Origin: Microbotryum violaceum | Taxonomy: Eukaryota | Direction of reading: 5' to 3' | Assembly (NCBI GenBank): GCA_001244265.2 | Contig: CDLV01000017.1 | Span: forward strand, 310,001 to 374,000 | DNA length: 64,000 bases | In this document: positions 12,267 through 25,303 of the stretch, piece after piece | Layout of the letters: each line of letters begins with the position of its first letter | Position numbering within the stretch: position 1 is the stretch's first letter | Made by a program: the position numbers and the translations under genes | Notes under the pieces: model-generated | Databases searched by the model: none | Told to the model about the DNA's origin: nothing | Seen by the model: only the letters and a program-made list of their open reading frames with translations

Positions 12267-12788
12267 GGCTGATGATAGAGGGGAGGGGAACGGCGGGAAG
12301 AAAGAGGGAATGGGGGACGGAGATAAGTACGAGTGTCATTGCGCGAGGCCGGCGGCCGCGAGCGGAAAAGCCACACGCTGCCGGGCGGGTCGGCCCACCA
12401 ATTGGGGGTTAGAGACGAGTGCTAATCACTTGATTCTTCTGAAAGGTTTCGGCCCAAGGCGAATCGAGAGGGGTGCGGCAGCAGCAGAACACCCTGCTTG
12501 ACCTCGTTCTAGTGGTCTCGCCCGATCTCGCACTCAATTCAATGCTCAAGCTATGGGATTCAAAGCTCTCTGCTCAGCTCGCTCTCAGAACGTGCCGACC
12601 TTGCAATTGCTCGTCCGAGTCTTTCTCCTCTCGACGTGGTGCAAGCACGGCTCCACCCTCATCCAGCCTGATGCAACTGCAGAGTCGATGTTGCGATTGT
12701 AATTTCAATCACATTCCCTTCCCAAACGAAGCAAAAGCCGAATCATGCCGTAGTGACGATGTGGCTTCTACTCGTCAAGGTCCGTCCT

Positions 12789-13209
12789 TCAGTGTGCCGG
12801 TCCGTTGGCCTTGAAGGGGTTCTTGGGGTCGTTACAGTAGACGGGGGCTGCGTTGGGATAATGCAATACGGCGATGAGTATTCGAGGAATGCTTTGCACG
12901 TCATGTTCTCCGGCGCAGACACATGTGCTAGTCCGAACAGAAACAGGGAGGACGCACCCTTGAGCATGGCATTTTGGGCCGCGGCGACCATGTAGAAGGT
13001 CATGGCACCACCGATCATGAAAGGCCACCTTTTGCAACAAATTTTTCAACGTCAGTTTCGACTTGATGGAGGAGTGGAGGAGAGAGTGCTGGAGATGAGG
13101 CTCACATCGGGCGAGCGAGGGGAACGGGCCACGCGCGAAGTCCAAACACTGCACCAGCACATCACAGAGAGGGTTCGTCAGGACAGTCCCTCTTTCAGGA
13201 GTACGTACT
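12789..13209 (-). CDS. ATP18: Mitochondrial ATP synthase subunit i/j
   Basis: Spliced product MFGLRAWPVPLARPMWPFMIGGAMTFYMVAAAQNAMLKAPVYCNDPKNPFKANGPAH*, with the typical P..P.WPF and NDPxNP motifs. Confidence 0.85.
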
Positions 13210-13264
13210 TCTGGTGCGTGGTGTCGATGACGCGCTCGTGGTGCGTAGGTCAAAGGGCAGAGAG

Positions 13265-13295
<31 letters not shown>

Positions 13296-13763
13296 TGCTG
13301 GGCGATACGCGGTGGTGTCTCTCGTTCGGGGCAAGGCGATAACGCGGCATCCCTCCGCAATTGACCTCGAGTACTTACTACTAGCTAGCTAGGGAAGGGT
13401 AGGTGGGGTGGAGGGTCTGCTGTAAAGAGAGTGCGTGTTAGTTTGATGCGATGCGTTGTCAGGCAGCACGCGGATGACGTGCCTGGTGGGGTTGGGTTGG
13501 GGTTGGGGTGTGCGATGATTTGGCGGAGAGAGTGATGGAACGGGCCGGCGGGCGGGTCGCGACCGGGCAGGGGACGTGCGGAAGCGTGCGGATCGGTCGG
13601 CCTTTTGAGCATTACAAACACGGCGTAATGAGGAAAGTACGCTCAGACCCTGATCAACGGCGCGCTCCACACCTCACCTCGCCAGAGCTGTCTTGCTTCC
13701 GTCGCGCACCCTGTCTCGCTTCCGTCGCGTACCCTGTCTCACCGCACCGTATCCCACCCCATC

Positions 13764-15706
13764 ATGTCGTCGTCGTCCTCCCTCCCACCGTCCGACCCAA
13801 ACCAGAACAGCAACCCGACGAACGGGGACGCCAAACCGGCGAGCTCTTCCACCGCCGACCACGACGCGATGGACACCTCGGACCACGCCTCGATCGCTGC
13901 ACCACCACCACCACCCCAGGAACCCGAGGAGGAACCTCTACCCGATGAGATTCTCAATGGTACGCCAGAGGACATCATGGCCCGTGTGCGGTTGATTGAC
14001 AATGATCTCAAGGTCAGCTTGTTGAGCGTGGCTGCTGCTGGGTCGGCGATGACGAAGCGTCGCTCCCACCCCCTGTGACCGCGCGACCGCGCCGACTGAC
14101 TTTCCGTCGTGCAACCGTCGCTCAGGTCATGCGATCCGAAAGCATGAGGTTGAACCACGAACGGTCCAAAATGGTAGAGTCTATCAAGGACAACAACGAA
14201 AAGATCAAGAACAACAAGCATCTCCCCTACCTCGTCGCCAACGTCGTCGAGGTCAGTCCTCGTGGGGGTCTGTCTACAGAGCACAGCGACCTTCAGCTCC
14301 AAACTGAGCTCATCCCCCTGACAGATCCTCGACATGGACCCGGATCAAGACGAAGCGGGCGAAGGAGCCGGTGTCGACCTCGACGCGCAGCGCAAGGGCA
14401 AGTGCGCTGTCATCAAGACCTCCACACGTCAAACGATCTTCCTCCCCCTCGTCGGCCTTGTCTCGGCCGAGCAACTCAAACCGGCGGACCTGATCGGCGT
14501 CAACAAGGACTCGTACCTCGTGCTCGACACCTTGCCCGCAGAGTACGACTCGCGCGTCAAGGCGATGGAGGTTGACGAGAAGCCGACCGATTCCTATACC
14601 GACATTGGTGGGCTCGATAAGCAGATCGAGGAGCTCGTCGAGGCGATCGTGTTGCCGATGCAGCAGGCCGAAAAGTTCAAGGCGTTGGGCATCAAGGCAC
14701 CCAAGGGGGCGCTCATGTATGGGCCACCAGGCGAGTGTTTTCAATGAGCCCCGGCGATATCTAAGGTATGCTGACAAGCGCATGCCCATCTCCTCGGCAG
14801 GCACGGGAAAGACTCTGCTGGCTCGTGCTTGCGCGGCGCAGACGAACGCCTGCTACCTCAAACTGGCTGGACCTTCTCTCGTCCAGGCAAGTTATACGGT
14901 CCTCCTTTCGCCCGCCCAGCCCACGAAGGTTAACTCTACTCCGCTTCCCCGCAGATGTTCATCGGAGACGGCGCCAAACTCGTCCGGGACGCGTTCGCAC
15001 TAGCAAAGGAAAAGGCGCCCGCAATCATCTTCATCGACGAAATAGACGCGATCGGAACCAAACGATTCGACAGTGACAAGAACGGTGATCGTGAGGTGCA
15101 GAGGACCATGTTGGAGCTGTTGAACCAGTTGGATGGGTTTGGGTCCGATGAGAGGATTAAGGTGCGTGCAGGTGATGCACCCATGAGGGTAAGTGGGGGA
15201 CCGACTAATGACGCTTGGTCTATCAGGTTATTGCGGCGACGAATCGAATCGACATCTTGGACCCGGCATTACTCCGATCCGGTCGATTGGATCGCAAGAT
15301 CGAGTTCCCCCTGCCGACCGAAGAAGCTCGAGCTCGGATCATGGAGTGAGCCTCTAGTACGCTCTCAGATTGAAGTATGGTCCCTGACGATCTCCCTCTC
15401 CTCCTTTCCAGAATCCACTCTCGCAAGATGCAAGTCTCGCCCAAAGTCAACTTTGAAGAGCTGGCGCGCTCGACGGACGAGTTCAACGGCGCGCAACTCA
15501 AGGCGGTGTGCGTCGAGGCGGGCATGATCGCGTTGAGGGAAGGGAGTCGCATCATTGGGCACGAGCATTACCTCAGTGGTGTGATGGAAGTGCAGAGCAA
15601 GAAGAAGAATGATCAGGTATGTCCGGCATGGCGGAATACTTTCGTTTGTGGTTCGCTTTCGTGGCTGACTTGGGCGGGGCCTTGATGACAGTTCTACTTT
15701 GCTTGA
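13764..15706 (+). CDS. RPT5: 26S proteasome AAA-ATPase Rpt5 (subunit 6A)
   Basis: [26 protein letters not shown], Walker [43 protein letters not shown]; ends FYFA*. Confidence 0.97.
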
Positions 15707-16371
15707 TCATCGGAGAACACCCGCTATTCAAGGCGCGTCGAGGACCCAGGAGACTGTTCTCTATTGTAAAACCATTTTCTACCTTTGTTCTATGATCTAG
15801 CTTTTGCTTGCTTCCCCCCCCCCTTATGTTTCGGTCGCCTCGGTCGCGTGTTTCGCATGATAGCTCCTGCTCGCTCTGCGCTATGGGGACTTCCACACAG
15901 TCTCGCAAATCCACATGAAGAAAACCAGAACGATTTGATGTCACTTTCTCCTCGGAGCCACAGACAACTGAAGCGCTTAAAAGTCGCCTCGGACTTGGCG
16001 GAGGGAGTGTAAACCGGGGACTGGCCGTGCCAATTCCGATTAGAACGTCGACCAAGGTGATTAGGAATGAATTGTCCATTTTACTTGCCCTTTCCCCCGC
16101 GCTTGCTTGCTCTCGTTCCCGCTCCCTTCCCCAGCTCACACGCACCCCCCTCCCTTCCCCTCCCCTCCCTTCCCCTCCCCTCCCCTTCTTCCTCTTCCAC
16201 CGCCCCGCTCGAGGTCGTCTAACCCCTACCGATCCACGCACTACTCAAGGCGTACTACGATCCTCTTCCTCTCTTTCTTGTTGACGCTCACGCTCGCTGG
16301 TTGCAGCACCACCCCGACGGTACGACCGCACGCCCGCACACGCACTCAATCCCTGCGATACTACAAGGGGT

Positions 16372-16372
<1 letters not shown>

Positions 16373-16411
<39 letters not shown>
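16373..16411. repeat. (GT)n microsatellite upstream of NOT1
   Basis: About 19 GT units read directly. Confidence 0.95.
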
Positions 16412-16413
<2 letters not shown>

Positions 16414-16544
16414 CGAATCGACTCGTCGTACCCAAGGCCTACGCAGTTCAGTTATCTCCAGAGGTCGACTCGTGGTCCAACGTCCCGGTGCTTCCTGCTC
16501 CCCCTTCTCCCTCTCCCCTCCCCCCCCCCACCCCACCCACCTCC

Positions 16545-19500
16545 TTGTCCCTTAATCAGCGCCCTTTCCCCCCCCAAAGACCGACCATCGTGACGTCCTC
16601 ACTCGTGAACGCGCCCAATGGAGGGGGGGGCGGTGCAGCAGGTGCAGGGGGTCTCGTAGGTACGGCTAGTGCGGCCGCAGGCGCCTCAACGACGAACAGT
16701 GCCGGCTCGTCGGCCAATTCGAGCTTGTTGACCATCGTCAAGGTCAGTTGGCTGGAAAACCCGCTCCCAAGGGGCGAGAGTGACCTGACGTACGAGGCAA
16801 TGTTTCATCTTTGGGTTGTGGCGTACGTTTAGGCGCAAATCGTGTTCCTTCTGAGCACACTCAGCGAGGATAACTACCAGAAGAATCGGGACGAGATCCG
16901 TTCGGTGCGTCCTTCCTCCCTCCTATCCCCAGCCGTCCTCAGCACTTCCGGTCAGGTTGCTCCCTGTTCCGGATGTGTCGTCCCCATCTCTGCGAGCGAC
17001 TATACGTTGTTTGGTGCCGAGTGGGGTCAGCTCGGCACGAACTTGATCGGCCGCGAGGACGAATCGCTGACGACCATCGTCTGTTGGCCCCCCCTCCTCG
17101 GGCCCACAGCTCGTCGACCAGCACGGCCCCGCGCCGCAACAGCACCTCATCCGTAGACTTGTTCTTGCCGCCTCGACCCTGCTCGTCCCGACCGCGCAAC
17201 CAGCCTCGCCTAACTCGGCCGCCAGCCCGCAACCTGCGCTCGTGATGAAGCTGCTCGCGTCCGAGGTGACACGCATGGCCCGCGATCCAACCCTCTCGGA
17301 GCGCTTCCGTGACGCCGTCGTCGAAGGTTCCGAGGGGGCCTCGGGCGCCGACTCGGTCCTGCGCTCCTTCTCCCTCTCCAACCTGCTCACCCACGTTTCG
17401 CTCAAGGACCTGTCTTCGCTCGAACGCCTCGTCTTCGTCGCACCCTTCCTCGCGCTCTTGTTCCCCTCCGCCGCGGCCCCGCCCAACGTCGGCCTCAAGC
17501 GACAACTCGGACTCGATGCGGCCAACATCGCTCGGCAGGTCCTGCACGGTGCCTTGGATCAGCTCGGGCAACCGGCCCATGCTCCAGCCGATCTCGGCGA
17601 GTCGCTGTCGCCCTTGCCCATCTCGAAGCTGCTCTCGTTGCTGCTGTCCGACATGACCCTCGGCGATTACGAAGGCGAAGGCGAGGCCGTCTTCGACGGC
17701 GAGCAACGAAGGCTCATCGTCTTGGCCGCCGTACGAGGTCGTCTAGGGGCCGAAGTCGGCGCACAAGCCCTGACCCACGCTCTGGGCGAGATGAGCTTCG
17801 CCGGCACACCCTCGCCGATCGTCATCCTCACTCGACTGTCCCCCGCCCCGGCGTTGTGTTCGCCCGACCTAGTTCGCGCCGTCTTGGCTCGGTTCGGTGG
17901 ATTCTCGCAACTTGAGAGTGATGCAACGGCCGGCAGTGGAGGGTCCGAGTTGCGGGTCTCGGCGATGCTCTTTGACCTCGTCGATCAAGCGATGCGCGAC
18001 GCCGATGCGGGCAGTGGCCTTGACCTGTCGAGCTGGGTCCGAGCAGTACACGAAGCCCAACCTTCCCTGCGATGGGGTGGCGTCGTGCGCGCCTACGACT
18101 CGCCGAACCGTAGCCTACCCGACTCGTGGGGTCTTCGTCTCTTTGCAGCCTTGCTCCAACTCTCCCCTTACCCTGCCGAACCCAACTCGCCCCCACCGAC
18201 CTCGCAATACGCCCTTCTCTCCGCCCCCGGTGGTACTTCCGCCATCTCGGGCCTTTGGTCCCCTTGGGCCAACCCGGCTCTCCAGCTCGGTTTGCTCGAA
18301 CGCTTGTTGTACCTCCCCACCGAATCTTTCAGCCTGAGCGCCTTGCCGTCGGTGACCAAAGTCATCTCGATCGAGGACGCGGCCTCGTCGTCGCCGACGA
18401 TCAAGACCTTGGCCTTGGGCGTACAGAGCTCGCCCTGGAACTGCAAAGAGTTGGTCGCGACCTTGATACGGTTGAGCGAGCACGTGCCCGGCGCGACAAA
18501 CGAGGATCTGACGCCGAGGGTCCATGATTTGTTGGATCGGGGTTGCAAGACCAATCCCGAGTTGGTGTTGATTGCTTTGACGCAGATCGAGGTGAGTTAC
18601 TGGGTAGTCTGCAGTCGATGATAGCCCCGAAACTGAGAGACGCCGTGATTCACAGAAACCTTGGACCGTCCTGCACACCGAGTTGATCGCTCGCTTGCTG
18701 TCGACCTTCTTGACCGGCCACCCGGCGCACCAACTCGTCTTTCTGCGCATCTATCAAACCGATCGACAGTTCCTCACCGCCGCTCTGCGCGATTTCTACG
18801 GCGAGAGCGAGATGAACGTCTCGCGGATCCTCGACATCGCCCAGGACCTCAAGGCGCTCGACCTCGTTCTCGAGCTGCGTCCCTTCTTCCTCGCTCTCGA
18901 TTTGGCCTCCCTGGCCAGTCGTCGCGAGTACCTCAACTTGGAGAAGTGGTTGGGCGGGCAGATGACGGCCCAAGGTGGGGTCTTTGTCCGTGCGACGCTC
19001 GAGTTCATCGGGCACAAGGTTGGCCACGATCTGCATCGACAAGAATTGGACCCGGCACCAGAGCCGACGACGCTTTCGCTCGGTGCGGCCACGGTCGCTT
19101 TGTTCATGCGGGCGCTTCGACAACAGTGAGTCGCGTTCGGTCTTTGAACCCAGTGCTACAGAATTGAGCTGATCTCGACGACAACGACTTGCAGCCACGA
19201 GCTATTCACGGGCAACGACGTCGAGTTGTACAAGGAGGTTCGCACGCAGTGCTTGCAGCTGTACCCTCGGTTGATGAACTTTGCGCCGGGCAACGCCGAC
19301 AGCGAACCGGGAATGTCGGTCGTGTCGTTCTCGCCGACGATCGAGGCCGAGTGCGACGCTTTGTACAAGCGCATGTACGACCAGGAGATCTCGGTGGACA
19401 ACGTCGTCAGTGCGTTGCAACGCGCCAAGGAGTCGGACAATAAGCACGACCACGAGTTCCTCGCGTGCTTCATTCACGGCCTCTTTGACGAACACCGCTT

Positions 19501-22500
19501 CTTCAATACGTACCCCGCGAACGAACTCGCGCTCACCGCGAACCTGTTTGGTGATCTCATCCAGTTCCAACTGATCGATTTCATTCCGCTCGGCATTGCT
19601 GTGCGCTACGTTTTGGATGCATTGCGCAACCCTCCCGAGTCGAACTGGTTCAGATTCGGCATTCAGGCTTTGGCGCGCTTCAAGGGTCGGTTGTCGGAGT
19701 GGCCCCAACTTGCGCACTCAATCCTTGCGATCCCGCACGTACAACAGTTGCATCCCGACGTCGCCAACACCGCCCGTTTGGCTCTTCAACAACGAGAGGC
19801 CGGCGGTGCGGCCGGTGAAGGAGAAGCGAACGGAGCGAACGGCGGCGAACTCGTCGTCGCTGCCGAGGAAGAACGACCCGTCTTTACGGCCATTCGAGTC
19901 GACCGCGCTCGAACGGGTGAGCCCGAGGCGCCTCACGAGGACACGTCGGACAAGATCCTCTTCATCGTGAACAACCTCGCGCCGTCCAACTTTGATGCCA
20001 AGGTGAGCGAGATGGCGACGCGCATCGAAGCGAACCATTTCGCTTGGTTCGCGCACTACCTCGTCGCGCAACGGGTGTCGATTGAACCCAACAACCACGG
20101 GTTGTACACGCGATTCTTGGATGCGTTGGACATGCCCGTCTTGGTCAAGCGTGTCTTGCACGAGACATTCGTCAAGCTGGCTACGTTGCTCAACTCGGAA
20201 AAGACGGTGCAATCGAGTACCGAACGCACGCTTTTGAAGAACTTGGGGTCGTGGTTGGGCGGTCTGACGTTGGCCAAGGACAAGCCGATCAAGCAACAGA
20301 ATATCGCGTTCAAGGAGTTGCTTATCCAAGGCTACGACTCGAACCGGTTGATCGTCGCGATCCCGTTCGTGTGCAAGGTGCTCGAGCAGTGCGCCAAGTC
20401 GCGCGTATTCAAGCCGCCCAACCCTTGGTTGATGGCGATCGTGCGCCTGCTCGTCGAGCTGTACCAGTTTGCCGAGCTCAAGCTTAACCTCAAGTTTGAG
20501 ATCGAGGTCCTGTGCAAGAGCCTCAACATCGACCTCAAGGAGGTCGAACCCACCGGCCTGTTGCGCAACCGACCGGCCGATCTCGCCGTCGCTCAAGCGC
20601 AGGCCCAAGCGCAGGCCCAACGGAGTCAAGGCGGTGATCTGTCCGGCATGATGGGTGGTCAGCAGCAGCTCGGCTCCGGTCCTCGCGAGACGGACGACCA
20701 CACGCTCAGTCGTGGGTTCGCAACCGCCGCCGGTGGAGTTCACGGTGCCGATGGCCAACGCTCTTTGGCGCCCTCACTCATGCTCAGTGGCAACCAAGCC
20801 GGCTATTCGCTCTCGCTCCAAGACACGATCTCGGCAGCTTTGCAATCGTTGCCGAGCCAGATCACGTTCAACCTGCAAGTCCCCATCTTTGCATCGAACC
20901 AAGCGCTCAAGCGCCTCGTGTTCGTCGCCATCGACCGAGCCGTGCGCGAAATCATCGCCCCCGTTGTCGAACGCTCGGTCACGATCGCGGGCATCTCGAC
21001 TCGTGAATTGACGATGAAGGATTTCGCGATGGAAGGTGACGAGGAAAAGATGGCTTCGGCCGCGCACCTGATGGTGCAAAACCTCGCAGGCTCACTCGCC
21101 TTGGTCACCTGCAAGGAACCTCTGCGCATCTCGATGGTCACCCACATTCGCAACTTGCTCTTGCAGAACGGCTTCTCGGAGCAGTCCTTGCCCGAACAGG
21201 CGATCCTGCTCGTCGCGACGGACAACCTCGAACTGGCGTGCGGCGTCGTCGAAAAAGTTGCGATGGAGAAGGCCGTCGCCGAAGTCGATGAGGGACTCTC
21301 GGGCTCGTATCTCTCCCGTCGAGCTCATCGCGAAAGGTCGCGAGAGGCATTCTGGGATACCGCCGCGATGGCCGCGTCGCATTACTCTGGCATGCTCCCG
21401 GACCCTCTGAGGCTTAAGTTAGGTGGCCTGCAGCCGCAGCAATTGCACGTGTACGAGGACTTTTCCCGCGTTCGTTCGCTGCAGATGCAAGCCGGTGAGT
21501 CTTTGGGCAAGGGTCGCGAAGAACGAAGTAGGGCGGATTGACTGACGGACGTTTTGATCATACAATACAGAGCAACGCAACGCCGGTGCTTATGGCCCCG
21601 ACTCCCCCGCCATCAGCGCCGCGATCGCTTCGCAAGCCACGGACGCTTTGGTCGGAGGTCTGCCCTCGCAACTTTCGCCCGTCCAAGCGATGGAAAAGTT
21701 TGCGAGCCTGATAGGCGAGCTCGAAAAATACATCATGACGGAGCAATCGGCATCGACACTCTCGCGCCTCGCGCCCGACACCGAGATCCGTCACGTCCTG
21801 CAGCAGATCCCCATGATTGCAGCCAGTTCGGCCAGTCGCGATGAAACGACTCTTGGGTGCTCGCAAAAGGTTGTGCAGTTGCTCTACCGCAGCGAGACGG
21901 CTTTGGCGCGAGAGGTGTACGTCAATCTGCTCGAACGCTTGTGCAGTCTCTCACTCAAGGTCGCCAAGGAAGTCACCGCATGGCTCGTCTATGCCGAAGA
22001 CGAGCGCAAGTTCAATGTCCCCGTCACGACCGCGCTCGTCCAAGCTCGCCTCATCAACGCCGCCGAGCTCGACGTTCAACTCGCCAAGTTCATCGTGCGC
22101 GAGTACCGTCCCTCGGTCCTCGACTTTGCGGCACGTTTCGTTGCCGAGTGCCTTATGGAGGTCCCTCCCGTTTGCGCCAAGGAGCAACTCGTGCACTCGC
22201 TGGACGCTTTGGCGCAAGCGACGCGCTTGGGCAAAGGGACCGAGACGGCTAAGCAGCTCTTGCAGGAGCTTCGAGGTGCCGTTGCCGTCTCTCGCCCCGC
22301 TTCACCCATCGCTGCTGCTCCTGCGAGCACGGCTGTCGTTGCCCCCTCGGCCGCCGCTGCCGGTGCTGGACCTGTCGCTGCCCGAGCTGGCGCGATCGCT
22401 CCTGGCGTCAAGGCCGACGATGCCGAGGTGCGCCAGCAGTTAACGTACTGCTTCGCCGAGTGGGTGCGCCTGTACCAACAGTCGTTCTCGGTCGAGAAGT

Positions 22501-24207
22501 CGTTCGTCGATTTTGTCGTCCAGTTGCAGAACCAAGGCATTCTCAAGGGCGAAGAGATATCGTCGTTGTTCTTCCGCGTATGCGCCGAAGTCAGCGTTGA
22601 CAGCTACATCAAGCACAAGGCCGCTGGTGGATCGGCGGCGACGGGCATCTTCCAGCCTATTGACGCCTTCGCCAAGTTGATCGTCTTCATGATCAAATAC
22701 CACGCCGATCCGACGGGCACCAACAACGACAAGGCCAAGGTACACTACATGACCAAGGTCCTCTCTATCATTGTGCTCGTGCTCGCGAACTCGCACGAGG
22801 AACTCGGCCCTCACTTCCAACAGAAGCCTTTCTTCCGCTTCTTCTCGAGCCTGCTCAGCAACCTCCATTCGATTGAGGGTCACTTGGGCTCGGCCTACTA
22901 CCAGATCTTGGTCGCGCTCAGCCACTCTATCAACACGCTGCAGCCGTTGTTCTTCCCCGGCTTCACTTTCAGCTGGGTTGGACTCATCTCGCACCGTTTG
23001 TTCATGCCCAAATTGTTGCAAATGAAGGACAAGGAGGCGAGTTGCTTTGCGTAATAGTCGTTGCTTGGTGGGTGCACATGACTGACCATGCTCTGTTTGT
23101 GTTCGGATCTTGCAGGGCTGGTCGTCATTCCACCGCCAACTCATCTCGTTGTTGCGCTTCCTCGCGCCCTTCCTTCGTCGTGGCGAGCTTGGCGAGACGA
23201 CGCGCGCGCTCTACCTGGGCACGCAACGCATCATCCTCGTCCTCTTGCACGACTTCCCCGACTTTTTGTCACAAGCCTTTTTTGCGCTGTGCGATGCGAT
23301 CCCGCCCCAATGCATCCAGCTGCAGAATCTCATCCTCAGCGCGTTCCCCGTGACGAGCTCGCTTCGACTGCCCGACCCGCTCCAACCCGGTCTCAAGATC
23401 GAATTGTTGCCCGAGGTGCAAAAGGCGCCGCAGGTCCTGACCGACTTTACGATTGCGTTGTCGACGGCCGATCTACGTGCGCCGCTCGACAAGTTCTTGC
23501 AAACTCGTGCACCGGCCACGATGCCCGCCATGCTTCGCGAGCGCCTCGTCGCGACGCCTTCGTCGCGCACCGACGCGACCGACTGCAAGTACAACATCTC
23601 GTTGGCCAACTCGCTCGTCATGTACCTTGGTGTCGTCGCGCTGAACCAGACCAAGGCCTCGACCGGTGCCGTCAAGTTCGACCCTCAGTGTGCATCGACC
23701 GTCGTCTTGCAGCAGCTGATGAACGAGATGGATCCCGAGGGCCGTTACACGCTCGTGTGCTCGGCCGTGAACCAGTTGCGTTACCCCAACTCGCACACGT
23801 ACTGGTTCTCGTCCTTCTTGCTCGCGACGTTCAACGAGACGACCGATGTGAACCTGCGCGAGATCATCGTGCGCGTCCTGCTCGAACGCATCCTGTGCAG
23901 TCGCCCCCACAGCTGGGGTGTCTTGTACACGTTCAGCCAGTTGATTACGGATGAGGACGCGAAGCTGATGGATCAAGGGTAAGTTGCATTAGGTTCTTCC
24001 TCGTGCAGTTGCGTTTCCGGTGATGCTCACTTTTTCACCGTGCCTGTGTTTGTCAGCTTCGTCAACAAGTCGCCCGAGGTAGCTCAGTTGTTCAAGGCCG
24101 TCGCACAACGTGCTCTTCCTCCCGTTGGGCCTGGTGGTACTGCTTCGGCGGCGTTGCCTTCGCCTACGCCTTCGCTTGCGCCCGCCCCCACGACGGCGTC
24201 GGCCTGA
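16545..24207 (+). CDS. NOT1: CCR4-NOT scaffold subunit Not1 (start codon uncertain)
   Basis: IVKAQIVFLLSTL, DLASLASRREYLNLEKWL, SDKILFIVNN, RVSIEPNNH, LLKNLGSWLG, PPNPWLM, PVVERSVTIA, FQQKPFFR, NQLRYPNSHT, RPHSWG. Stop at 24207. Confidence 0.95.
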
Positions 24208-25303
24208 ACCCGATCAGCGCGTCTCCTCTCGTCGACTCCTTAACGAACAATTAAGGAAAAGTTTATGCTGTCTCTTTCCTCTTTTCACATTTTATGTTTG
24301 TCCATGTACCAACGCCGTACTGCTCATCGGAGAACCGTTTGACAACCCCAACCCTCAAGCTACATATTAGACTCGTGCTCAACACCGACCACCCCGGTGC
24401 CGTGTTTTTATTTTGTCACCCCTCTCCCCCCTCTCTGCCTCTCTCTCTTTTTCTCTCTCTCTCTGAGTTTCTTCCTCTTTCTCCCCCTCTCTCCCCCTCT
24501 CTCCCCCTCTCTCCCCCTCTCTCCTCTACGTTCCCTCGCTTGTTTCTCGGTTCCTCTTTCTCTTTTGGTCTAGCGTACTTTTTTGTTTGTTTGTGTTCTC
24601 TCTCTGTCTCCTTTTTTGGTTGATCAGGATCTGCACATTTTACCCACGCATTGTTCCCCCAAACTCGTCCCCCGCTTCGGCCTTGATGAGAGAGTATATA
24701 GGGAATCCCACCCAGAGATGAAGTGAAGCAAAGACTACGGCCGACCAGAATATACGGAATTGATGTCACGGCGAGCGGGTCAAGGAGCCTACGGCTCGTG
24801 GTGGCTGGCAAGCGCCTGAAGAGGGATCGCCCGAGATCCGGATCCTGGCACTGTGAGAGGAATCGAGGAGAGGCCTCAGTCGATCCGCCTTTTTGCGTTC
24901 GTGTGTACAGGTTCCTGATCTGTACATTTTAATGGGTCCAGATTTTTTGATAAGAATGATCTACCCTGCTCACAAAATGGCTGAAAAGGTCCGTGCACGC
25001 GCCTGTCTTGAGGCCGAGACCGCCGTTCAGGCCGTTTAGGCGCTCCCTCGTCCGAGGTCGACGCGCTTGCCCCCATGACGCCGGGTCGGGCGAACACTGG
25101 CGCGGCCTGGCGCGGCACTAAAACAAGGCTCGGGAGTCGCGAACGCCAGCCGGCCAGGCCTCGTGGCTCCCCGACTCGACGGCAGCTGCTTTCGACTCGC
25201 GCCTGTTGTGTGTGTGCGCGTATGGGCTCGACTCGCTGCTCAGGACGACCTTCTCTCTCCTCCATCGACCGGTACCCCAAGAGATTCCTTTGACGGACAG
25301 GTG

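Noticed and set aside
6273-15706. Proteasome gene cluster (RPN8, E2, RPT5)
   Set aside because: Interspersed with unrelated genes and no shared upstream motif found; compatible with chance.
19718-23976. Long antisense and alternative-frame ORFs over NOT1 and other genes
   Set aside because: Expected shadows of GC-rich codon usage; no independent motifs.
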